Shown in pieces: positions 8,227 through 18,148 of a stretch of 64,000 nt of DNA. The stretch spans positions 831,907-895,906 of the forward strand of contig OY970230.1 of the NCBI GenBank assembly GCA_963714095.1. The letters are read 5' to 3'. The translations under genes and the position numbers were made by a program. Origin of the DNA: Candidatus Gottesmanbacteria bacterium (lineage in GTDB: Bacteria > Patescibacteriota > Microgenomatia > UBA10105 > UBA927). Within the stretch, counting starts at the first letter, position 1; each line of letters starts with the position of its first letter. The notes under the pieces were generated by a model. The model did no database searches and was not told the DNA's origin. It saw only the letters and a program-made list of their open reading frames with translations.

Positions 8227-9510
8227 ATGAAGAACATCCCCTTTGAAAAAACTACCCTCAAAAATGGTGTGCGGCTGATGCTTGTTCCTATGGAAGGGGT
8301 CAACTCGGTTGCGACATCCGTGATGGTGGCAGTGGGTTCGCGGTATGAAACGCCCCAGATTAACGGCATTTCCCACTTTCTTGAGCATATGGTTTTTAAA
8401 GGGACGAAAAAGTATCCGACGACAGAGGATGTTAATACAATAGAGCGCGCCGGAGGACTCCAAAATGCTTATACCGATATAGACATCACGAACTTCCATA
8501 ACAAGGTTCTTAGCACTGACTGGACGTTAGCGCTAGACATCAACCGTGAGCTCGCCACAGCGCCCTTACTTGAACAGAAACACGTTGATAAGGAACGCGA
8601 CGTCATTATTGAAGAGATGAAACGGTACGAAGACGAACCGGCGGCGAAGGTGGGCGAGACGTTCCACGGTATGCTGTATCCGGGGACGAAATTAGGAATG
8701 CCTATTATCGGAAAAGAAAAATCTTTGCGCAGCGTTACATCAAAAGAGCTCAAAGAATATCATGATCGGTGGTACACGCCGGACCGACTCGTCGTCGTAC
8801 TGGCGGGAAATATTAAAAATCAAGCGCAAGCCATGAGGCAAAAAACAGCAGAGTGGTTCGGAAGCCTGAAAGGGCAGTCGATGGGAGACATTGAACTCGT
8901 TGGCGATCGCCAAACTCAGCCGAAAGTCGAAGTGATAACGAAACCTGATGCCCAACAGGCACACATTACGTTGGGTCTGCGCGCGTTTAACCGGGATTCG
9001 GAAGACCGGTATGCATGGAATCTGTTTAACCTTATCATGGGGGTTTCCTTCACTTCGCGCCTGTTTAAAGAGATTCGTGAGAAGCGGGGGCTGTGTTACC
9101 ATATCCGCTCAAGTGCCGATAACTGGAAAGATGTAGGGTACTGGTCTATTTACGCCGGAGTCGCCACTGTTAAAGTGGCGGAAACAGTCGAGGCGGTCAT
9201 GCACGAGTTATCCAAAGTCGTCGCGGGAGGCGTCACCAATGCGGAAGTCTCGGTAGCCAAAAAGCGCCTGAAGACAATGGTGGCGTTTAGAAGTGAGGAT
9301 CCGGAATTTCTGAATGAATTTTACGGGAGGCAGGAATTGTTCGGGCAGAAGCTTGTCACTCTCGATGACTATATTGCTAAAATCGAAGCCATCACCAAAA
9401 AGGATATTGATATACTTTTACCGAAATATATCCGGCAGGAGACGCTTAATTTAGCAGTGGTGTGGAATAAACCCAAAGATGAAAAACTTCTCAAATTGCT
9501 TCATCTGTAA
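8227..9510 (+). CDS. M16 (pitrilysin/insulinase) family zinc peptidase
   Basis: GISHFLEHMVFKGT (HxxEH), SRLFKEIREKRGLCY. Confidence 0.95.
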   Translation: MKNIPFEKTTLKNGVRLMLVPMEGVNSVATSVMVAVGSRYETPQINGISHFLEHMVFKGTKKYPTTEDVNTIERAGGLQNAYTDIDITNFHNKVLSTDWTLALDINRELATAPLLEQKHVDKERDVIIEEMKRYEDEPAAKVGETFHGMLYPGTKLGMPIIGKEKSLRSVTSKELKEYHDRWYTPDRLVVVLAGNIKNQAQAMRQKTAEWFGSLKGQSMGDIELVGDRQTQPKVEVITKPDAQQAHITLGLRAFNRDSEDRYAWNLFNLIMGVSFTSRLFKEIREKRGLCYHIRSSADNWKDVGYWSIYAGVATVKVAETVEAVMHELSKVVAGGVTNAEVSVAKKRLKTMVAFRSEDPEFLNEFYGRQELFGQKLVTLDDYIAKIEAITKKDIDILLPKYIRQETLNLAVVWNKPKDEKLLKLLHL

Positions 9511-9559
9511 TATATTTAGCGCGTTTGTACTTTCTGAATAATTTCCGTATAATACATGC

Positions 9560-9943
9560 ATGAAACCGATTGAGAAAGGCCCATACGATATTGTGTATCG
9601 CGGGAGTCTTCCACCACGTATAATTCCTATTCAATATGATAGGTTATCATCGTGGCAGATGTCTGCTGCAGAAGGAACATATGGGATTGAACATCACGTC
9701 ATCGCTTTTGCAAATCTTCTCGCGGTTAGCAGAGAGGCAAGAGATGAGATTCTTAGACGGGTGGCCAATGCCAGAAAATATAAAGGAGACAGTCATTTTT
9801 TATTTTTAGATAGCGATGGCGTCCAACATCAAGCAACGGTCTTGGCTGCGGTAAAACGTTCTGATCCTAAATTTTCCGATCAGGCTTTCACGTTATACCT
9901 CAGGAGTGAACCGATCGACTATGACGATCTGATTGCCGGATAA
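9560..9943 (+). CDS. Hypothetical protein
   Basis: 127-aa ORF, TATAAT 6 nt upstream. Confidence 0.6.
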   Translation: MKPIEKGPYDIVYRGSLPPRIIPIQYDRLSSWQMSAAEGTYGIEHHVIAFANLLAVSREARDEILRRVANARKYKGDSHFLFLDSDGVQHQATVLAAVKRSDPKFSDQAFTLYLRSEPIDYDDLIAG

Positions 9944-9963
9944 TTTGTTAAAGTTTATGCCTT

Positions 9964-10665
9964 ATGCCATCTTTTTTGGAAAGAAAAATACTTCAGCCTA
10001 TCGGAGTATGGGGAGATCAGCTTCGGTATGGCGATCACGAGGTTTTATCGGATTTGGCAGACCAATGCTCACGGGGTGTGGTTCATCTTCTCAAAGATGT
10101 GTATCCCGATCCAACGGTACGTCAGGCGTGCAGTTATCTTGATGGCGCGTGCGTAAACTATTCAGGCCGTCTTGTCGCTCCAAAAGTCGCAGAACGGGAT
10201 GCACCTATTCTTCAGCTTTCCGGATTTTATCAAACGGATAAACCAGGTCAGGCAGTAAAATATCTTGTTGCGGTGAGTCATCATGATTGGACGCACATAT
10301 TAGTCGATATCGGGATATTCCAAAACGATAGATTGAAATTAGGTATTTTTACCAGACTCATACAGCCGTCCTCGTACGATATGCTTTTTCAGCAGGTTCG
10401 CCAAGTAAATCAGGACACTTCTCATTCAATCCATTTATTAACCGGCCCATTGAGGATTGTAGAAGAAGATGCAACAAAAGGATGGAAACTTGAATTGCGG
10501 AAAGTGGGAGACTTGGAAATTTTACAGGAGCAGCCGCGCTCATACGATTGTTTTGCCGGACATAGATACGATTTTGAGTTTACCGAGAGCGATCGATATC
10601 CCGAAGGTACTACAGAACTGAGTGGGGTACGGAAAAAACGTGTAATGTGGTCGGGATCTGCCTGA
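9964..10665 (+). CDS. Hypothetical protein
   Basis: 233-aa ORF, no recognised motif. Confidence 0.6.
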   Translation: MPSFLERKILQPIGVWGDQLRYGDHEVLSDLADQCSRGVVHLLKDVYPDPTVRQACSYLDGACVNYSGRLVAPKVAERDAPILQLSGFYQTDKPGQAVKYLVAVSHHDWTHILVDIGIFQNDRLKLGIFTRLIQPSSYDMLFQQVRQVNQDTSHSIHLLTGPLRIVEEDATKGWKLELRKVGDLEILQEQPRSYDCFAGHRYDFEFTESDRYPEGTTELSGVRKKRVMWSGSA

Positions 10666-10716
10666 GTCGTCTGCGATTGACAAAGAGGCAGTGGGTATCT
10701 ATAGTGCGCAGTGCAT

Positions 10717-11334
10717 ATGTCACCACCGCCGGAATTTTATAATCATCACGCCCTAGCCATTGATCCAATGGGTATAGACGAAGTACGTGCTCAACCGGAT
10801 TTTTTTGAATGGGGACATGCCCAAACAGATACACACCCGTTTGTTGCCGCTGCACGTCTGAGATATAAGGATGCGACCGATCTGTATGGCTGGATAACCA
10901 CTACTAGGGACACTGTAGGTTCAGGGAAATTAGTTCTTCCTATGGGGATGGATGGTACACCGTTGAAATATCCGGGATTATTATGGATTATTCAGGCCAA
11001 TCGTGTGGCGACAGGTCAGACTTACAAAACAGCTGATATGCTTCGTGTGATCGAATTGGAAGCAGGACGACGCGGGACATGCACTATAGGAACTTCGAAT
11101 ACGGAGGTCAGTGGTGTAGCGCTTGCTTTTGCCATTGAGAGCCATTTAGATTCGGAATCTTCACTTACTATTCCATGGAAACAAGATCTGAATATACAGC
11201 ATGCATGGCTTGCCCTTTCTGCCATGGGAATAGCGAAAGATATTGAATCGTGCCTGACCGATATACACGTTACACCTGTTGCTGCAAAGTTTCTTCACAA
11301 CAGCAAACCTCCTCCAGGAGTCCTGTTTGGGTAA
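10717..11334 (+). CDS. Hypothetical protein
   Basis: ORF with upstream TTGACA...TATAGT promoter-like sequence. Confidence 0.55.
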   Translation: MSPPPEFYNHHALAIDPMGIDEVRAQPDFFEWGHAQTDTHPFVAAARLRYKDATDLYGWITTTRDTVGSGKLVLPMGMDGTPLKYPGLLWIIQANRVATGQTYKTADMLRVIELEAGRRGTCTIGTSNTEVSGVALAFAIESHLDSESSLTIPWKQDLNIQHAWLALSAMGIAKDIESCLTDIHVTPVAAKFLHNSKPPPGVLFG

Positions 11335-11384
11335 GGATCCCTAGAGGTGTTGCTGCAAGGATTCATATTTGATACGATAGACCT

Positions 11385-11801
11385 ATGATTGAGCGTACGG
11401 TTGTTTTAATCAAACCCGACGGCGTCGCGAAACATATCATCGGCAAAATTATCGACCGGTTTGAAACGGCGGAGCTCAAAGTTGTTGCTTTGAAAATGGT
11501 TCAGTTGACGCAACCGATCCTTGACGTGTGGTATGCCCATCACAAAGATAAACCGTTTTTCCAGTCTTTATCCGCGCAAATGATGTCTACGCCGGTGGTT
11601 GCTTTTGTACTGGAAGGAGACGGAGCGATTCAAAAAGTATTTGATATATGCGGACCTACAGATCCTGCGGACGCTCCTGCGGGCACAATCAGGAAAGACT
11701 TTGGCGTTGATAAACCCCACAACGTGGTCCACCGTTCCGATTCGGCCGAAGCGGCAGCCCGTGAAATAGGGTTACTGTTTACCAAAGAAGAATTATTTTA
11801 A
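11385..11801 (+). CDS. ndk: Nucleoside diphosphate kinase
   Basis: ERTVVLIKPDGV, GTIRKDFG, NVVHRSDS. Confidence 0.97.
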   Translation: MIERTVVLIKPDGVAKHIIGKIIDRFETAELKVVALKMVQLTQPILDVWYAHHKDKPFFQSLSAQMMSTPVVAFVLEGDGAIQKVFDICGPTDPADAPAGTIRKDFGVDKPHNVVHRSDSAEAAAREIGLLFTKEELF

Positions 11802-12526
11802 TGCCACGTATAGAGATGCATTTTTTCACCCTTACTGATCGTAGGTAACATATGCACTCCTTCTTCAATTAGTTTCAGCCCAAGACTTCCGGCAATATTT
11901 CCCACGGCCAACGTGATTAGCACCTGACCGGGTGTTTGTATTGGTTCTCCTAATTTAACTGCTGCGCTATTTATAGCCAACATATAACCGGCTAACAACG
12001 TAGATCCAATAAAAAGAGTACCCTTGTTCTCTGTTTTGCTTGTGTCTATCGGAATAGTTCCGCTTTTAATAATATAGTGCACTTCCCGAATGAGATCGGT
12101 AAACCCTCTGACGTACTCATTAACCACTTTGTCTATGTATGCCGGTCCATGATGTTGTTCCGCGATTCCTGTCCGTGTGAGAATCCACGAAGCATTTGTT
12201 TCAATAAGTGCAGCGTTTGCAAAATCGGTAAGGATGCGCGGAAATTTAGTATGTTGAGAGAGTGGCCCCTCGCGCGTTTCTAAGGTTGCCATCTCCGTTA
12301 TATCAAATTTTGATACTTCGGGCTTCCATGATTGCTGTCGTGTAAGAAACGATTGAGCGACAGTCTCTTCTAGATTATCGGACATCGGAATGTGGCACGT
12401 GCCGGCAATACGTTCAGCGGTCATTCGAGCTATACGGGGTGAGTTAAGTGAAAAAGACTCCATTTGTTTATTGGCAGGAATGGACATCTGACGATCAACC
12501 GGACGTGATAAAAGAATTTCTGACAT
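11798..12526 (-). CDS. Hypothetical membrane protein
   Basis: 242-aa ORF with two C-terminal hydrophobic segments. Confidence 0.6.
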   Translation of the reverse strand: MSEILLSRPVDRQMSIPANKQMESFSLNSPRIARMTAERIAGTCHIPMSDNLEETVAQSFLTRQQSWKPEVSKFDITEMATLETREGPLSQHTKFPRILTDFANAALIETNASWILTRTGIAEQHHGPAYIDKVVNEYVRGFTDLIREVHYIIKSGTIPIDTSKTENKGTLFIGSTLLAGYMLAINSAAVKLGEPIQTPGQVLITLAVGNIAGSLGLKLIEEGVHMLPTISKGEKMHLYTWH

Positions 12527-12590
12527 AATTTGATATAGAATGACACATATTTATATCACGTGTTCCTTGAGGTGTCAACGGAAGTCCTTT

Positions 12591-13454
12591 TTATAATAAG
12601 CTAATAATAATCTTCCCCGCCTCGATCAACCCATAGATTCCCAACCCGATAAACGCGAGTGTTCCGATGAAGGAGACATATTCGTTCCTGACGGCGGCAA
12701 CGGTCCGGCTAGGCGATAAAAAGAGGCAGATATTGAGAATTGTGTGGGCGCCAATGACGCCGGCGGCGAAGCCGTAAATATTAACGACGTTGAAGAGCGG
12801 TACGTACCCGGCAAAATCATCCAGCCCCAGGATAAAAGGAATTTCCGTAGCAAATCCTGCCAGCTTCGTCCAGCTAAGTCCTTCTTTTCCCCGAAGACTG
12901 GCCCTGAGATCCGGAATGATATGGAATAGGAGGGGATTGATGACTTTAGCGGTTGCATCTAAAAACGTATGCAAGCCTTTATATAGCCATTTTTTTACGC
13001 CGCCCGCAGAGTTCCAGTTAGTAAGGTATTCTAAGCCGCTGTGAGCCAGTTCAAAAAGTACTAAAGAAGCAATAAGTACCATGAGAGCCAGGAGAAGGTC
13101 AACGTGTTTAAGGACAACCCAGAGGCCGATGATGAGAATCGTGCCGCCGGCATTTCCGATTGCTGAACCGATTTCCAGTGCGACGCGGTTGCGCCAGCCC
13201 GGGTACAGATGCATGAGCCGGCCAAGAAGAATTGCAAAATCAATTTCGGTTTTTAAATAAATCGTGGCTCCCACGATTACATCCTGCGGGCGGATGACCA
13301 GAAGTATCGGAATAGTGCCGGGGATTTGGTTAAAAAGAAACAGCGATGCGTGTAAAATGACCAGTAATATGCCCAAAATGACAACGGTGAATATCAAAGG
13401 AATAAGCTGGCGCAGAAGGGGAGAATTATCTATTGATCCAAGAGATCCTTCCAT
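12591..13454 (-). CDS. Multi-pass membrane protein, CadD/LysE-superfamily-like transporter
   Basis: Several TMs; GLDDFAGYVPLF resembles the CadD DNIGVYxPLF motif; start trimmed to MEGSLG. Confidence 0.5.
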   Translation of the reverse strand: MEGSLGSIDNSPLLRQLIPLIFTVVILGILLVILHASLFLFNQIPGTIPILLVIRPQDVIVGATIYLKTEIDFAILLGRLMHLYPGWRNRVALEIGSAIGNAGGTILIIGLWVVLKHVDLLLALMVLIASLVLFELAHSGLEYLTNWNSAGGVKKWLYKGLHTFLDATAKVINPLLFHIIPDLRASLRGKEGLSWTKLAGFATEIPFILGLDDFAGYVPLFNVVNIYGFAAGVIGAHTILNICLFLSPSRTVAAVRNEYVSFIGTLAFIGLGIYGLIEAGKIIISLL

Positions 13455-13996
13455 ATTCGTATTGTAGCACTGTTTATTTGGGGTGTTTTGCCATACCATT
13501 CAAGAGTAAGAATTTTTTCGCCAGACAGAATCGGATTTTGGTGTCTTCTCAGGTCTTCGATATCTTTTAAAGTATGTCCGGTTTTTTCGTACGGTAACCA
13601 CGAAACGACACATTTTGTCGTTTTCATGCCTCCACCCTGCATGACACGGACAAATTTTATTGTCTGAAGGTCTTCTTCGCGGTCAATGGGTAAAGATGCA
13701 GATTTTGCTTGTTTTGCCCATCCCGCTTTTAATATTCTTTCTATGGAATCCGGTTCGATGACGTACGCAAATACGTTCTGATTGAGACCTAATTGGTTTA
13801 CAAGTTCTGAAACGAGTGCTTTTCCTACCCCTTTATTTTGTGATACCACAGAAATATCTTCAATTTCCCAAAGTTTATTAGCGGGTTCATATTTACAGAG
13901 AAGATGCGAATTTTGATCACCAAGAAGATTCAGTTGGATAAAGGCATCAGAACGTTTAACATCAATCCGACCTTTCCATTGTTCAGGTGAACCCAT
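13430..13996 (-). CDS. GNAT-fold protein
   Basis: IEDISVVSQNKGVGKALVSEL resembles acetyl-CoA-binding motif A. Confidence 0.55.
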   Translation of the reverse strand: MGSPEQWKGRIDVKRSDAFIQLNLLGDQNSHLLCKYEPANKLWEIEDISVVSQNKGVGKALVSELVNQLGLNQNVFAYVIEPDSIERILKAGWAKQAKSASLPIDREEDLQTIKFVRVMQGGGMKTTKCVVSWLPYEKTGHTLKDIEDLRRHQNPILSGEKILTLEWYGKTPQINSATIRIWKDLLDQ

Positions 13997-14004
13997 ACAT
14001 ATAG

Positions 14005-14655
14005 TTAGAGAATAATTTTCAGCTGGCGCAGGATTGGAAGAAGGACTTCAAACGGCAGTCCGATGACATTGGTATATGAGCCGTCGATTTTGGTGACAAT
14101 GTCCCACGGCGCCTCGTTTATCGCATACGCTGCGGCAAAGCGGGTAAAGTCAAAGCGCGATACGTAACTGTCGATTTCGACCGGTGTCAGCTTTCGCATG
14201 GTCACGCGGGTTTTGACGGTTTTTTCCCAGGTTTTTTTCGCTTTGGTGCCGTCAAAGAGAACAATTGTGACTGCGGTGGCAAAAATATGCGTCCGGCCCA
14301 TGAGGTTTTTGAGCATTTCACGGGTCTGTTCGCGGTCGACGGATTTCCCGAATGTTTTTTTGCCGATGATTCCCATAGAATCGGCGGCAACGATAAGTGC
14401 TTCCCGTGTTTCCGGCAATGAATAGACGCGGGAGTGCTCAACGACCTCTTTGGCTTTTGCAGCAGCGCGCAGTCGGAGGGTTTTTAAGGGATCGCGGTTG
14501 ACAATAGCGTCTTCGTCCACACGGGAAACCACGACGCGGAACCGAAGGCCCAACTTTTCCAAAAGCATGCGGCGGCCGATACTCTGCGAAGCGAGAATGA
14601 CGTCAGGCAAAGGCGGGGGTAGGTCTTGGCCTTTACGGCTGAACTGAAGCTTCAT
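14005..14655 (-). CDS. maf: Maf-family nucleotide pyrophosphatase
   Basis: ILASQSIGRRMLL, VAADS, GSYTNVIGLP. Confidence 0.92.
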   Translation of the reverse strand: MKLQFSRKGQDLPPPLPDVILASQSIGRRMLLEKLGLRFRVVVSRVDEDAIVNRDPLKTLRLRAAAKAKEVVEHSRVYSLPETREALIVAADSMGIIGKKTFGKSVDREQTREMLKNLMGRTHIFATAVTIVLFDGTKAKKTWEKTVKTRVTMRKLTPVEIDSYVSRFDFTRFAAAYAINEAPWDIVTKIDGSYTNVIGLPFEVLLPILRQLKIIL

Positions 14656-14694
14656 GGGGGCTATTATATCGCAAATTCCTTAAAAATGCTAGAG

Positions 14695-14767
14695 TCGGGA
14701 CGGAGAGACTTGAACTCTCGACCTCACGGTCCCGAACCGTGCGTTCTACCAACTGAACTACGTCCCG
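14695..14767 (-). tRNA. tRNA-Pro(CGG)
   Basis: Cloverleaf CGGGACG...CGTCCCG-A; anticodon arm CACGG-TTCGGGA-CCGTG; T-arm GAGAG-TTCAAGT-CTCTC; CCA not encoded. Confidence 0.95.
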
Positions 14768-14807
14768 TGTTGGTATTCTATCATAAAAACCGATAAAATA
14801 GACCTAT

Positions 14808-14879
14808 GCCTCTATAGCTCAACGGATAGAGCAGACCCGTCCTAAGGGTAAGATGAGGGTTCAATTCCTTCTAGAGGCG
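14808..14879 (+). tRNA. tRNA-Arg(CCT)
   Basis: GCCTCTA...TAGAGGC-G acceptor; anticodon loop GTCCTAA; GGTTCAATTCC T-loop; CCA not encoded. Confidence 0.93.
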
Positions 14880-14944
14880 CTTACTACTCCTTGTTCCCAC
14901 GCTCATTTTGTAGTATGCTGCGCGCTATTCTTGCCCGAACCATT

Positions 14945-16831
14945 ATGGCAGCGCCACGGATAGAGAAAGAAATGACACCCTCATCGTTGTTGGAGCGGGA
15001 CGGCCTTCGGGTTACGAGAGAAAGGGTAAAGATTGAATCTCTCATATTGCCCGATACGCTTAAAGACAGATATCCAACCGAATATGATCCTGCAAATATA
15101 CAAGAGTTGGCAACAACGATAAAAAGCGGCATCTTAACATCACATGCGCTTGCGGTAAAAGAAGTCCGTGACAACGATACTTCTTCGAATTTAGAGCTTT
15201 TACATAAGCCTTCTGTCATATTTGCGCTCCAAAAATGTGGCATTTCCGAAGTAGATGTGGTTGTTATTCACAATAATGATGACTTTGATATAGTTACAGC
15301 ATCGGACAACCAACTTCTGTTTCTCGGTGAACAAGGGGTTCTTACCAATCACGTTGTTCGGAATATCCCGATGGCTGACGTGCTGTCAGATGAAAGCATT
15401 ATTGATGACCCTTATCGGGATGTTTTGAAATCCCAGTTATCAACAGGTCAAGAGGTGAATATTCGTGTGCGGGCGCGGCGTGAAGGAGAGCGCATTGTAT
15501 ACGATATTATCGACGGATACCACAGACACGATTCATTGAGAATAATCGGATCACAATTTATCTCAGCACGGCTTACATTTGGGATGACGAATGAAGAATT
15601 ACATGATGAACGTGTCCTTGCCGCCTTCCGATCCGCAAAATCGGTAAAATTTGCCCGCATGGTTACGTCCATGCAAAATTCATATGCCGAATCTGTCTGG
15701 AGCAAGGTATACAATCTCAAATTGTCGCAAATATTGAGTTTGGCAGTGAACGCAAATAAAATAAAACAACCCGGAAAAAATTTAGGAATACCGGAAAGCG
15801 CAGCTCGGGAAGCAATTGAGTGGGTGTCCAAGAAAGCAGTTCTTTGGAATAGCGATGTGGGGACATTATGTCAGCAAATTCGTGCAGCAGAAGATTCATT
15901 CACTGAAATTATTAAACAAATACGTACAACCGAAGGCGGCGGTCACGCGGGAGACGGAGTACTTAATAGGGATAAATTTATCGCGATGGTTGAACAGCTA
16001 GGTAAAAAATTATCCCTTCAATCAACAATGGTGTCCATTATCAAGAAACATAATTTAAATGCTGACCAGACTCGGGTTATCGCGGGTGCGCTTGCGCTTA
16101 TAGAAGGCCACCCCGATCTGATACGCTTGGTTGAAACTAATCCTTTTGATACAGAAATTTTGTCTTCTATATATAAGCGAAAAGTCGTTATTGAAAAAGG
16201 AAGGTTTGTTGTACAAGAAATACGAAGATCGTCACGAGATCCCGGCATTGTTGAAGAGGACGTTACCGTGGAGAGTGAGGAGCCATTGACTTCAGAATTG
16301 GATGATTTAGCCCCAATTGAAGAAGTTATCAAAGAAGCTGAGAGTAGTACTATTTTTGAAGCACCAAGCGAGGTGACGCCCCCCGGAAGTTTAGATGCCG
16401 GAGCACAATCAGTCATTATTCCTGCCGGATCGAATCCGGCGAAAGCAACGAGCTTTGGCGTAAGTGTAGATAAAGGCGACCATGATGATTATAATGTGAA
16501 GCGATCGGTGGCCGATTTAGAGAGAGAAAATGGTGAATTAAGAGAAAAACTTGAACAGGCAAATGAACAACTTGAGAGGGGTGGTAAACGTAAAAAATCT
16601 TCTTGGTATGAAACACTTGCAACGCTACCAACCCAAGAACGAGAAATTATGAGATATATGTATAAATTAAAAGAAAAAGGCTGTGGTGTTGCAGAGATAG
16701 ATGCTAAAACAAGAAATGAGTTTCAATTATTGCCTAATCAGCTTTCACAAAAGAAAAGGAGTGCGCTTCAAAGATTGAGTAATTATTATAGTGATATCCT
16801 TCAAAAGGAAGTCGATTTCTTCACCATATAA
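14945..16831 (+). CDS. ParB/Srx N-terminal-domain protein with coiled coil and C-terminal sigma70-region-4-like HTH
   Basis: YDIIDGYHRHDSL ParB motif; earlier degenerate ParB-like repeat; C-terminal LATLPTQEREIMRYMY...AEID...LSQKKRSALQRL. Confidence 0.65.
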   Translation: MAAPRIEKEMTPSSLLERDGLRVTRERVKIESLILPDTLKDRYPTEYDPANIQELATTIKSGILTSHALAVKEVRDNDTSSNLELLHKPSVIFALQKCGISEVDVVVIHNNDDFDIVTASDNQLLFLGEQGVLTNHVVRNIPMADVLSDESIIDDPYRDVLKSQLSTGQEVNIRVRARREGERIVYDIIDGYHRHDSLRIIGSQFISARLTFGMTNEELHDERVLAAFRSAKSVKFARMVTSMQNSYAESVWSKVYNLKLSQILSLAVNANKIKQPGKNLGIPESAAREAIEWVSKKAVLWNSDVGTLCQQIRAAEDSFTEIIKQIRTTEGGGHAGDGVLNRDKFIAMVEQLGKKLSLQSTMVSIIKKHNLNADQTRVIAGALALIEGHPDLIRLVETNPFDTEILSSIYKRKVVIEKGRFVVQEIRRSSRDPGIVEEDVTVESEEPLTSELDDLAPIEEVIKEAESSTIFEAPSEVTPPGSLDAGAQSVIIPAGSNPAKATSFGVSVDKGDHDDYNVKRSVADLERENGELREKLEQANEQLERGGKRKKSSWYETLATLPTQEREIMRYMYKLKEKGCGVAEIDAKTRNEFQLLPNQLSQKKRSALQRLSNYYSDILQKEVDFFTI

Positions 16832-16851
16832 CTGTTCAAGGCTAACTTTTT

Positions 16852-18105
16852 TTACCGCAGGTTTACTGTGTACAGGTTGGGGAGCGAAAGAGCGGACCCG
16901 TTTAAATTCGTTAAAATAATAATCCTGCTGCCGTTACTCCACGGGGCTACGAAATTATCGACAAAGGGACCGGAATAGATTGTCACCCAATTGGTCCGAT
17001 CGTATTCCATAACATCAATTTTGCCCTGCAGGGTCAGGAGGAGATGCCGGCTCGTGGGGAACCAGTGGATTGGAATTTCTGCGGCAGAAACAACAGCAGG
17101 AGGCGATATGGTTTTGGATTTCGGGGCGGGAGACGGCGTTGGGAGCTCTTTTTGATCTAAGAGGAAATAGTTTTTATCTTCTTTACTGTCATAGACATAA
17201 AATTTCCCCGGTACGATATTCCGGTCTTCTGTGGTTGAATTTGTACCAATAAGAGGTGGATTGATGATTTGTGGGATAGTCGAAGAGGCAGTCGCTTCAT
17301 AAAGAATCTTAGTTTCATCCGGCGAGAACGAAATGATTTTGGCACTTGACGTTGCCATATTGATAATCGCGGGCGCAAACGCGGCAAGTTTTTGCTTTTC
17401 CGTATCGGCTTGCGCCGAATTCCAGTCAGCAAGAAGCGCCTGGCGAGTATCGGTGACATCGGTGAACGTATTGGGTTTTGTCAGTACATACAGACGGCTT
17501 CCTGTGGCATTGTCGACCAGGAGTTCTGTCGCGTCCGGTGACCAGGTGATATGGCTGGTATCAAAATCAAATCCGTTGACCGTATCAAGCTGGATTGGAT
17601 CGCGGTTTCGCCCAAGCGGTCCTTCGGAAAGTTCGTAGTACCACAGGCCTGATTTTTTTGCCGATGTTGCATCCAGATCAGCAGCAGGGATTGTGTAGGC
17701 CACTTTAGTACCGTCCGGAGAAAGTGACGGGTTGGCAATGCCAAGCGTCGTGAGGGGCGAGAGACTCGGGTTGGTAGGAAAAAGGAAGGCTGTCGCCTGA
17801 GATACGACTTCTCCCTGCACGCGTATTTTTTTCTCCCATGAGATATATCCTTCTTTACTTATCCGGATGGTATAAAACCCAGGATCGATGCTGAATGAAT
17901 TGTTGGTTGCGGTTTTAAGAGACCCGTCGACAAAGACCTGGGCGCCCGTGGGGTCGCTCGTTGCGGAAATAAGTCCTGTGGGTCTTATTGATGTTTTATT
18001 GAGGTCCAACCGGTATCCGCGGCCGTACGCAATCACGACAATGGCGACTCCAAGAATAGCACATAATGTAATAAATGATATTAAAGTAGATCTAAAATTT
18101 GGCAT
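16852..18105 (-). CDS. PEGA-domain / TolB-like beta-propeller membrane-anchored protein
   Basis: TM then YGRGYR, SDPTGAQVFVDG...PGFYTIRISKEGY (PEGA), SPDGTKVAY / WSPD repeats. Confidence 0.85.
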   Translation of the reverse strand: MPNFRSTLISFITLCAILGVAIVVIAYGRGYRLDLNKTSIRPTGLISATSDPTGAQVFVDGSLKTATNNSFSIDPGFYTIRISKEGYISWEKKIRVQGEVVSQATAFLFPTNPSLSPLTTLGIANPSLSPDGTKVAYTIPAADLDATSAKKSGLWYYELSEGPLGRNRDPIQLDTVNGFDFDTSHITWSPDATELLVDNATGSRLYVLTKPNTFTDVTDTRQALLADWNSAQADTEKQKLAAFAPAIINMATSSAKIISFSPDETKILYEATASSTIPQIINPPLIGTNSTTEDRNIVPGKFYVYDSKEDKNYFLLDQKELPTPSPAPKSKTISPPAVVSAAEIPIHWFPTSRHLLLTLQGKIDVMEYDRTNWVTIYSGPFVDNFVAPWSNGSRIIILTNLNGSALSLPNLYTVNLR

Positions 18106-18148
18106 AATCGTGGACATATTATATACCCATGTATGGTAGAATGCGAAT

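Noticed and set aside
14860-16860. Integrated element at tRNA-Arg
   Set aside because: No integrase and no duplicated tRNA 3' end found after the ParB-like gene
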